Of a DNA stretch of 64,000 bases, positions 56,567 to 64,000 are shown one piece after another. The notes under the pieces are model-generated. The model ran no database searches. It saw only the letters and a list, made by a program, of their open reading frames with translations, and had not been told where the DNA came from. The stretch covers positions 704,001 to 768,000 of the forward strand of contig OZ241889.1 of the NCBI GenBank assembly GCA_965203355.1, written 5' to 3'. Source of the DNA: Candidatus Latescibacterota bacterium (GTDB lineage Bacteria > Latescibacterota > UBA2968 > UBA8231). The first letter of the stretch is position 1. Each line of letters starts with the position of its first letter. The position numbers were made by a program, and so were the translations under genes.

Positions 56567-58291
56567 ATGACCGGCGACAACAAGAAGCTGCGCAGTGCCG
56601 GGTGGTTTGGCGACGAGTGGCACCAGGGTTTTGTGTCTCGTGGCTGGACCAAAAACCAAGGCCATCCCGACCAGATGTTCGATGGCCGACCCGTGATCGG
56701 GATCTGCAACACGTGGTCGGACTTGAATCCTTGCAACGCCCACCTGCGAATCTTGGCCGAGCAGGTCAAGCGCGGGGTGTACGAGGCCGGGGGCTTTCCG
56801 CTCGAATTTCCAGTTACTTCGCTCGGTGAGACCATGATGAAGCCAACTACCATGCTCTACCGCAATTTGGCGAGCATGGACGTGGAGGAAAGCATTCGCG
56901 CCAATCCGCTCGACGGGGTGGTGCTGCTGACTGGCTGCGACAAAACGACGCCAGCCTGTCTGATGGGAGCGGCGAGCGTAGATTTGCCGACCATTGCGGT
57001 GACGGGCGGACCAATGCTCAACGGCAAGTTCCGCAATCAGGATATCGGCTCTGGCACGGATGTCTATCGCTTTACGGCCGAGCTGCGGGCCGGGAGCATC
57101 TCGCGCTTGGATTACTTGGAGGCCGAGGCTGGGATTTCGCGCTCGGACGGCCACTGCATGACCATGGGCACGGCCTCGACGATGGCCTGTATGGTCGAGA
57201 CGGTCGGGCTGACGCTGCCGAGCGGCGCGTCGATCCCCGGGCCGGATGCGCGGCGCAAGCGCTTGGGGCATCTAGCGGGCAACCGCATCGTCGAGATGGT
57301 GCGAGAAGACTTGCGGATGTCGCGCATTTTGACGCGGCCAGCCATAGAAAACGCCATCAAGGTCAATGCAGCTTTGGGCGGCTCGACCAACTTCGTGGTG
57401 CATCTGTTGGCCATCGCCGGGCGGCTCGGCGTCGAGTTGAGATTGGACGACTTCGACCGCTTGGGCAGCCGCATGCCGCACTTGGTCAATCTAATGCCTT
57501 CGGGCGAATACCTGATGGAGGATTTCTTTTACGCAGGGGGCTTGCCGGCCGTGATCCAAGAGCTGAAGGAACATCTGCACATGGACACCTTGACGGCGAC
57601 GGGCCAGACGCTCGGCGAAAACACCTCGGGTGCCCAATGCCACAACCGAGCGGTCATCGCCGCGATCGATACGCCATTCAAGGAAGCAGCCGGGATCGCC
57701 GTGCTGCGGGGCAACCTCTGCCCGGATGGAGCGATTATCAAGCCGTCGGCCGCCTCGCCCGAGCTGATGCAGCATGGCGGCCGGGCCGTGGTGTTCGAGA
57801 GTATAGAAGACTACCGGGAGCGGATTGACGACCCCAATCTCGACGTGGACAAAGATAGCGTGTTAGTTTTGAAGGGCATCGGCCCCAAAGGTTTCCCCGG
57901 TATGCCTGAAGCCGGGAAATTCGGATTGCCCAAGAAGCTATTGCAGCAGGGCGTGCGCGACATGGTTTGCATCTCGGACGGGCGGATGAGCGGCACGGCC
58001 TACGGCACGGTGATCTTGCACGTCGCGCCCGAAGCCGCCGTGGGCGGCCCGTTGGCCTTGGTGCAGGACGGCGATCGGATCGAGCTGGATGTGGAGAAGC
58101 GGTCGTTGAACATGGCCGTGCCCGACGAAGCGTTGCAAAGCAGACGGCAAGCGTGGACGCCGCCCGCGCCGGTCGTCACGCGGGGATATGCCGGCTTGTA
58201 TGTCAAGCACGTGCTCCAAGCCGACAAGGGCGTTGACTTGGATATCTTGGTCGGCGGCTCCGGGCCGGATGTCTATCGGGAGCCGCGGTAG
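56567..58291 (+). CDS. IlvD/Edd family dehydratase (L-arabinonate dehydratase-like)
   Basis: NPCNAHL, GCDKTTP, GHCMTMGTASTM, GGSTN, DGRMSGTAYG. Confidence 0.93.
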   Translation: MTGDNKKLRSAGWFGDEWHQGFVSRGWTKNQGHPDQMFDGRPVIGICNTWSDLNPCNAHLRILAEQVKRGVYEAGGFPLEFPVTSLGETMMKPTTMLYRNLASMDVEESIRANPLDGVVLLTGCDKTTPACLMGAASVDLPTIAVTGGPMLNGKFRNQDIGSGTDVYRFTAELRAGSISRLDYLEAEAGISRSDGHCMTMGTASTMACMVETVGLTLPSGASIPGPDARRKRLGHLAGNRIVEMVREDLRMSRILTRPAIENAIKVNAALGGSTNFVVHLLAIAGRLGVELRLDDFDRLGSRMPHLVNLMPSGEYLMEDFFYAGGLPAVIQELKEHLHMDTLTATGQTLGENTSGAQCHNRAVIAAIDTPFKEAAGIAVLRGNLCPDGAIIKPSAASPELMQHGGRAVVFESIEDYRERIDDPNLDVDKDSVLVLKGIGPKGFPGMPEAGKFGLPKKLLQQGVRDMVCISDGRMSGTAYGTVILHVAPEAAVGGPLALVQDGDRIELDVEKRSLNMAVPDEALQSRRQAWTPPAPVVTRGYAGLYVKHVLQADKGVDLDILVGGSGPDVYREPR

Positions 58292-58385
58292 TTCGGTAGT
58301 GGTTATTTTTGGAGTTCGGCATCAGCGTTTCGTGCGTTGCTTAATACTTTGAGATGGCTCCAAAATCCAGTCCATATTTGTCCCC

Positions 58386-58519
58386 TTATTTGACCGTTAA
58401 TTTGGCAAGCAGAATAGGACTTGTAACATACAAAATATAATGGACTTATATTATTTTAACAAATGAATCAGGCAAAAATAGTGTCCTTATTTGACAGGAT
58501 AATTGACAGCTTATTTGGC
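58386..58519. repeat. AT-rich intergenic region with 12-bp-periodic TTATTTG(A/G)C-like units
   Basis: Units at 58386, 58398, 58487, 58499 and 58511. Confidence 0.65.
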
Positions 58520-58568
58520 AAAGATTTGTACAGGCGTCAAGGATTTCTTTAGGGATGCTTGTCTTTGA

Positions 58569-58967
58569 CTAGCTCCCGCTGCCGAGCACGGCTATAGCCT
58601 CAACTTCGACGAGCATGCCCGGCAGGACCAGCTCGGCGACCGTCACGGTAGAGCTGGCGGGGATGTGGTTGGGAAAGGCTGCGGCGCGGGCGGCCGAGTA
58701 CTCGGCGTATTGGCTGGTGTCAGTGATGAACGAGGTGATTTTGACCACGTCGTCCATGGTTGCGCGGGCCTCGGCGAGCACGGCGCGGATGTTGGCAAAG
58801 ACTTGGCGCGCCTGTGCGGCCATGTCGCCTGCGCCGACGAGCTTCCCCTCCGCGTCGAGCGGCCCTTGGCCGGAGACGTAGATCGCATCGCCGACCTGCA
58901 CGGCCTGTGCGATGCGAAAGTCCTTGGTCCAGGGCCAGGCGGGGTTGTGTGCTTTGCGTTGAGTCAT
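58569..58967 (-). CDS. RidA/YjgF family protein
   Basis: QAVQVGDAIYVSGQ, DDVVKIT, PASS, LVEVEAIA. Confidence 0.92.
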   Translation of the reverse strand: MTQRKAHNPAWPWTKDFRIAQAVQVGDAIYVSGQGPLDAEGKLVGAGDMAAQARQVFANIRAVLAEARATMDDVVKITSFITDTSQYAEYSAARAAAFPNHIPASSTVTVAELVLPGMLVEVEAIAVLGSGS

Positions 58968-59004
58968 GGTGAGTTTTCTATTGTAGCGACTTCAGACATT
59001 ATTC

Positions 59005-60138
59005 TCACTGCCAGAGCGGCTCCCCGTCCGCCAGCATACTCTGCAGAAACTCCTCGTTTAACTCTACTCCCAGCCCCGGCCTCTCGCTCAGCACCACGTG
59101 CCCTTGCTGAATCACCGGCTCATCGGCGAGCACCACGTCGCTCCAAGTCGGATCGTCGTAGCGATGGAACTCCAAGGCGAGAAAATTGGGTACGCTGGCG
59201 CAGACATGGGCGTCGGCTACGGTGCTCAAGGCACTGGAGTTGTTGTGCGGGGCAAAGGGGATGTAGTAGGTCTCGGCCATGTTGGCGATCTTGCGGCACT
59301 CGGAGAGGCCGCCGCACTTGGAAATGTCGGGCATGATGATATCGACCGCCTGCTGTTCGAGTATGTCGCGGAAACCGTAGCGCAGATAGGCGTTTTCGCC
59401 GGCGCAGATCGGAGTGCGGGTCGAGTCGGTGATGCGCTTGAGGGCGTCGATATTCTCGGGCGGCACCGGCTCTTCGAGCCACAGCAGATTCAGGTACTCG
59501 AGCGCGTGGGCGAACTTCAGCCCGGCCGTGGCGTCGTAACGCCCGTGCAGGTCAATCGCTAGGTCCATGTGGGGGCCGACAGCCTCGCGGATCTGATGCG
59601 CTTGATCGACCAAATCCTCCAACTCGGCCGGGGCCACCGACCAGTTCCAAGGGTCGAGCTTCTCTGGGTGGCCCGCATCGTCGAGATCGAACTTAATCGC
59701 AGTGAAGCCTTTTGTGCGTACGTCCTCGGCGCGCTGTTTGTAGTCCGAATGGGCGCTATCGACGTAGAGGCGCACCCGGTCGCGGAACTTGCCGCCCAAG
59801 AGCCGATAGACGGGTACGCCTTGGGCCTTGCCAGCCAAATCCCAAAGCGCGACCTCAATACCGGTCAGTGCCGAAATCGCCAAGCCCGACATGCCGCCGC
59901 GGAAGACGTAGCTGCGGCGAATGCCTTCAAAGAGCGCATCGACATCGCGTGGGTCTTTGCCGATGAGTTGGGTGGCCATGGATTGGGTGGACCCGCGCCA
60001 GCCGCCATCGACGTGGCTGGCCTCGCCGGTACCGTAGATGCCCGAGTCGCTGTGGATGCGGACGTAATGGTAGAGATAACGGGGTTGGCCGTTGATTTTT
60101 ACGCGCACTTCAGCGGTTTTGACGTCGGTGATTTTCAA
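59005..60138 (-). CDS. Mandelate racemase/galactonate dehydratase-like enolase superfamily enzyme
   Basis: GTGEA, EVALWDLAGK, KFD, IDLHG, WLEEP, AGEN, APHN, PGLG. Confidence 0.92.
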   Translation of the reverse strand: MKITDVKTAEVRVKINGQPRYLYHYVRIHSDSGIYGTGEASHVDGGWRGSTQSMATQLIGKDPRDVDALFEGIRRSYVFRGGMSGLAISALTGIEVALWDLAGKAQGVPVYRLLGGKFRDRVRLYVDSAHSDYKQRAEDVRTKGFTAIKFDLDDAGHPEKLDPWNWSVAPAELEDLVDQAHQIREAVGPHMDLAIDLHGRYDATAGLKFAHALEYLNLLWLEEPVPPENIDALKRITDSTRTPICAGENAYLRYGFRDILEQQAVDIIMPDISKCGGLSECRKIANMAETYYIPFAPHNNSSALSTVADAHVCASVPNFLALEFHRYDDPTWSDVVLADEPVIQQGHVVLSERPGLGVELNEEFLQSMLADGEPLWQ

Positions 60139-60153
60139 TGGAGTCCCTTCCTC

Positions 60154-60831
60154 TTAAAAGTGTAGTTGGCCGATGGCGCGGGTGGCCGCGTCGCAGTACC
60201 AGAGTACGCCTTCGTGGATGGTCAGCCCGTGGACTTCGATGGGAGCCTCGACGCGGACGACCTCCCAGACGCGCCCGTCTTGGGGATCGAGGCGGTTGAT
60301 GGTGCCAGCCGAGGTGTCGGCGACCCAGAGGGTGCCATCGTCCGCCCAAGCGAGGCCGTGGACCCGGAGGCCGGGGACGCGAAAGGAATGAACTTCCTCC
60401 CAAGTGTTGGCATCCATCACGTGAACGAATTGCGACGGCGGCGAAGCCACGTACACCTTGCCGTCCTGCCACTCGAGGCCGTGCGCCCCGGTGACGCGGC
60501 CATTCTGCTGGTCGGCGACCCAGGCGACGACGCCATTGCCGGGTGAATCGAGCTTGGCAATGGTCTGGCCCGTAGCCGGGTCGAGGCGGGCGATCTTAAG
60601 CTCAAAGGTCGAGGCGATCCACAGCGAGCCGTCGCCGAGCGTAATGCCGCTGGAGTGCTCGGTATCGGTCTGGGCTTCAAAAAGGGTTTCGCCGCTTTCG
60701 TAGTCGAATTTATAGACCTTGAGGTCAACTTGGTCGATGCACCAGAGGCCGTCGGGCGCGGCTTGCAGCCCGTTGGGCTGAGGTCCGGGGCATTTGAAAC
60801 GCTCTTCAACGCGGGCGATTTGGACAGTCAT
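60154..60831 (-). CDS. Hypothetical beta-propeller protein (Vgb/glutaminyl cyclase-like repeats)
   Basis: Repeated GL(x)W...LW units (PNGLQ..DGLW, HGLEW, HGLAW..DGTLW, HGLT..EGVLW). Confidence 0.75.
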   Translation of the reverse strand: MTVQIARVEERFKCPGPQPNGLQAAPDGLWCIDQVDLKVYKFDYESGETLFEAQTDTEHSSGITLGDGSLWIASTFELKIARLDPATGQTIAKLDSPGNGVVAWVADQQNGRVTGAHGLEWQDGKVYVASPPSQFVHVMDANTWEEVHSFRVPGLRVHGLAWADDGTLWVADTSAGTINRLDPQDGRVWEVVRVEAPIEVHGLTIHEGVLWYCDAATRAIGQLHF

Positions 60832-60847
60832 AGGATGCTTTCTGGGA

Positions 60848-61627
60848 TTAGGCCGACCGGCCCATGAGGTAGTTCCAGTTCTGGCGGCGGATGGCGCGCT
60901 CCTTGTAGTGGTCGCTCTGGGAGACGCCTAGCGGATTGGTGAAGTTGAGGATGTTGGTCGCGTCCTCGGCGCGTTCGCGCTCGTTCCAGTCGGCGGGCTT
61001 GTTGGCCGCCTCGGGGTCGTGGTTCCAAGTGGGTGCGGTATTGTCCTGCGTGCGGCGGAAGAGGAACTTGATCATGTGGCGCTTGCGCGGCGAGCGGTTG
61101 GCGGCCGTGCCGTGCCAGAGGTCGTAGTGCGTGAAGGCTACGGTCCCGGCCTTGACCACGAGCGGCATTTGGCCGCGGATGTTGGTGTACGTGGCCATGC
61201 GGTCCGTCGGCGCGTTGCGGAATTGGGTGCCGGGGACGATGATCGTCGGCCCCATGTCGGGCGTGACGTCGGTTGGATAATACAGCCCTAGGAAGCGGTT
61301 GAGCAATACGTCGCGGTTGTTGAGGCCGTCTTGGTGCCAGTTCATGTGCGGGGAGTTCGGCTGCTTGCAGTGCCAGTGGCGATGCGGCTGCACTTCGTAA
61401 TCTGGACCGAGCAGGCTGACGAGTGCGCCTTTGACGGCCGGGTGATTGATCACTTGCCAGAGTTGGGGCACCGCTTGGGTGATGGCGTCGCCCGGGTTGT
61501 AGTCGAGTGCGTTGAGCTGGGCCGCGATGGAATCGTTGATCCCAGCGGGCCATTCCGGCTCGACGATGTGGTAGCCGGTGACGAGGAAACGGGCCACTTC
61601 GGCGTCGCTGAGCAGATGCTCATTCAT
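60848..61627 (-). CDS. PhyH family dioxygenase
   Basis: FLVTGY, WHQDG, MGPTIIVPGT, YDLWHGTAAN...R. Confidence 0.9.
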   Translation of the reverse strand: MNEHLLSDAEVARFLVTGYHIVEPEWPAGINDSIAAQLNALDYNPGDAITQAVPQLWQVINHPAVKGALVSLLGPDYEVQPHRHWHCKQPNSPHMNWHQDGLNNRDVLLNRFLGLYYPTDVTPDMGPTIIVPGTQFRNAPTDRMATYTNIRGQMPLVVKAGTVAFTHYDLWHGTAANRSPRKRHMIKFLFRRTQDNTAPTWNHDPEAANKPADWNERERAEDATNILNFTNPLGVSQSDHYKERAIRRQNWNYLMGRSA

Positions 61628-61901
61628 CGGCGATAACCTCCATTTTCTGTAGGATGAATTCATAGCCTATCACGTCCAACTCCCTGTCGTCGAACGGGGC
61701 CTGTAGGTGGGGGAATTGGACGATTTGCCAGCCATCTACTACGGCGTCGTGTACGGTTTTGTAGGGCCAAGCAGGGTCTTCGGCGCGGATCTCGGGCACA
61801 AAGCCCGCAACTGGCTCGATGAGCGTTAGGCCGATGATACTGGACATGACGCTGGGGGTGCGCGCCTGTAGGTAGAGCAGGCGTTGGCGGGGTGCGTCCA
61901 T
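61620..61901 (-). CDS. Small hypothetical protein overlapping the PhyH start
   Basis: RBS AGGAG; 93 aa with PYKTVHDAVVDGWQIVQFP and GYEFILQK; 8-nt overlap with PhyH. Confidence 0.75.
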   Translation of the reverse strand: MDAPRQRLLYLQARTPSVMSSIIGLTLIEPVAGFVPEIRAEDPAWPYKTVHDAVVDGWQIVQFPHLQAPFDDRELDVIGYEFILQKMEVIADE

Positions 61902-62053
61902 TGGGATTGAATCACTCCTGTCGTGCGGGTTGTACCGTGCGGTGCTTAATATAGAACGCCCGTGCGCCGCAGCCAATGACGCCCCTTGATAACAGTTACC
62001 CTCTTCCTTAGCTTGCCCTGCCGCGCGGAATTCCACTCAAGGAGAACAAAAAG

Positions 62054-63025
62054 ATGCAGTACAAAATTCTGGGTCGCACGGGCGTCAAAGTGTCTTCCCT
62101 GTGCTGCGGTACTATGGCCTTTGGCGGCGATGCAGACGAGGCGACCTCCGGGCAGATGTATCGCTACTGCCGCGAATTGGGGATCAACTTCTTCGACGCG
62201 GCCAATGTCTATTCCAACGGGCGTTCCGAGGCGATCTTGGGCCGGTTGATCCAAGGCGAGCGCGACGAGTTGATAATCACCTCAAAAGTCTGCGGTGCCA
62301 TGGGCGATGGCCCCAACGACCGAGGCTTGTCGCGGCGGCATATTGTGCAGGCCGTAGAGGCCAGTCTCAGGCGGTTGCAGACGGATCGCCTCGACCTGTA
62401 CTTCGTCCACAACTTCGACGAAGATACGCCGATGGAAGAGACCCTCGCCGCGCTCGACGATTTGGTGCGCGGTGGCAAAATCCTCTACCCAGCCGTGAGC
62501 AACTGGGCTGCTTGGCAGATTGCCAAGGCCCTCGGCCATTGCGCTCGCGAAGGGCTGGCGCAGTTTGTGTGCATCCAGCCCATGTACAGCTTGGCCAAGC
62601 GACAAGTAGAGGTAGAAATTCTGCCATTGGCTCGCTCGGAGGGCTTGGGCGTGATCGCTTATAGTCCCTTAGGCGGCGGCTTGCTGACCGGCAAGTACGG
62701 GATCGACAAGCGGCCCGAGCGGGGTCGTCTCTTGCAGCAGGGCAACTACATCAAGCGCTACGCCAATCCCGTGTTCTACGAAGTCGCCGAGCGCTTTGTG
62801 CGCTATGCTGGCGACCAAGGCGTGCATCCGGTGACCTTGGCTGTCGCTTGGGTCATGGGTCACCCAGATGTGACCGCGCCGATCATCGGCGGTCGCAACC
62901 TAGACCAGCTCAAGCCATCGCTGGCCGCGCTCGACTTTGCCATGTCGGCCGCGATGCGCGATGAGGTGTCGGTGCTGTCGATCGCGCCGCCGCCAGCCAC
63001 TGACCGCGACGAGGAACTGTTTTAG
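62054..63025 (+). CDS. Aldo/keto reductase
   Basis: LGRTGVKVS, FFDAANVY, SLRRLQTDRLDLYFVH, YSPLGGGLLTGKY. Confidence 0.94.
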   Translation: MQYKILGRTGVKVSSLCCGTMAFGGDADEATSGQMYRYCRELGINFFDAANVYSNGRSEAILGRLIQGERDELIITSKVCGAMGDGPNDRGLSRRHIVQAVEASLRRLQTDRLDLYFVHNFDEDTPMEETLAALDDLVRGGKILYPAVSNWAAWQIAKALGHCAREGLAQFVCIQPMYSLAKRQVEVEILPLARSEGLGVIAYSPLGGGLLTGKYGIDKRPERGRLLQQGNYIKRYANPVFYEVAERFVRYAGDQGVHPVTLAVAWVMGHPDVTAPIIGGRNLDQLKPSLAALDFAMSAAMRDEVSVLSIAPPPATDRDEELF

Positions 63026-63037
63026 AGGAGAAAAACC

Positions 63038-63826
63038 ATGAGACCCAACAAGCTGCGCGAAAAACTCAACGCTGGCGCGCCCACGCTCGCCACCCACATC
63101 CACACCACTTGGCCTTCGGTCGTCGAAGCCTTGGGGCATACGGGCGCGTATGACTATGTGGAATTTGTCGCCGAGTACGCTCCCTTTGACCTGTACGACT
63201 TGGACAACCTCGCCCGCGCCGCCGAGCTATGGGATTTGGGAACGATGATCAAGGTCGATGCCGAAAACCGTGCTTACGTGGCCCAACGGGCCATAGGTTC
63301 GGGTTTTGGCAGCGTACTCTTTGCCGATGTGCGCGACCCGGACGACGCCCGGGCCTGCATACGCTGTGTGCGCGCCGACGCGCCCGGGGACGAAGGCACC
63401 TACGGGGTGGCGATGCGGCGCTTCGCCTATATGGGTTATGGCGGTACGCCGGAATACGTCCAAGCACTGCGCGACGTGGTCGTGGTTTTGATGATCGAAA
63501 AGCAAAGTGCGGTCGCTGACTTGGAGGCCATGCTCGCGGTAGAAGGAGTCGATATGATCCAGTGGGGAGGGGCCGATTATTCCATGAGCGTCGGCAAGGC
63601 CGGCCAGCGCGGCGCACCGGAAATTGCCGCTGCCGAAGAAAAGGTCTTTAAGACGGCCTTGGAGATGGGTGTCCATCCGCGCGCCGAGATCAACACAGCC
63701 GACGACGCCAAGCGCTTTCTCGACATGGGGGTGCGGCACTTCTGTGTGGGCACGGATATAGCGGTGCTGTACGGATATTGGCGCGATCAGGGGGAGGCCA
63801 TGCGGCGGGCGTTGGCGGGTGAGTAG
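63038..63826 (+). CDS. HpcH/HpaI aldolase family protein
   Basis: NKLREKL, DYVEFVAEY, LMIEK, WGGADYSMSVG, GTD. Confidence 0.9.
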   Translation: MRPNKLREKLNAGAPTLATHIHTTWPSVVEALGHTGAYDYVEFVAEYAPFDLYDLDNLARAAELWDLGTMIKVDAENRAYVAQRAIGSGFGSVLFADVRDPDDARACIRCVRADAPGDEGTYGVAMRRFAYMGYGGTPEYVQALRDVVVVLMIEKQSAVADLEAMLAVEGVDMIQWGGADYSMSVGKAGQRGAPEIAAAEEKVFKTALEMGVHPRAEINTADDAKRFLDMGVRHFCVGTDIAVLYGYWRDQGEAMRRALAGE

Positions 63827-63879
63827 GGGATGGGTCGATCGCCCTAGTAAGTGACACCGCTCAAACAAGGATATTATTT

Positions 63880-64000
63880 ATGAATAGTCTAATCTCAAGA
63901 GTCTCAAGAGTTTTCAAAAGAAAGCCCGAGTTGCAGAAAGCCCTTGATAAATGCCAGCGATCAGCCGGCGAAGGATACCAGATTGCAAAGGACAACCTCG
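63880..64000 (+). CDS. 5' end of an AT-richer hypothetical gene (runs off the window)
   Basis: AAGGA RBS, ATG at 63880, open to the edge (MNSLISRVSRVFKRKPELQKALDKC...). Confidence 0.55.
   Translation, partial: MNSLISRVSRVFKRKPELQKALDKCQRSAGEGYQIAKDNL

Noticed and set aside
54944-57271. Long alternative and antisense ORFs over PhyH, HpcH and IlvD (242 aa, 288 aa)
   Set aside because: Shadow ORFs of genes with clear motifs

Overview
A roughly 60% GC bacterial chromosomal segment. Its gene content (many PhyH dioxygenases, enolase-superfamily dehydratases, a sulfatase, a Na+-PPase) suggests a Latescibacterota/Gemmatimonadota-like organism, possibly marine or host-associated; this assignment is inference only. 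From 0 to 28 kb it is housekeeping: sucCD, rplU-rpmA, rng, a cytochrome c maturation cluster (CxxxY-type CcmE, CcmF-CcmH fusion), a TPR / sigma54-activator / HtrA block, ispE-tRNA-Gln-rplY-pth-hppA-rpsF-DUF2232-rplI (lacking the usual prs and rpsR), and tRNA-Sec. From 28 to 50 kb the genes are mixed (gap, MntR-like regulator, ogt, rnd, sulfatase). This stretch includes an AT-rich type II R-M cassette headed by an orphan Phd-fold gene with a palindromic operator; its endonuclease carries a nonsense codon. It also includes a 144-bp IS5-like MITE. From 50 to 64 kb is a sugar-acid/dioxygenase catabolic cluster with a frameshifted uxuA. Signals that cut across the window: apparent CCWGG depletion with an excess of its C-to-T products, several genes collapsed by internal deletion, and a beta-clamp motif (QLSLF) within a duplicated segment of RNase D. 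No CRISPR array, prophage or intact transposase was seen. All family assignments come from motif recognition by eye, not database searches.
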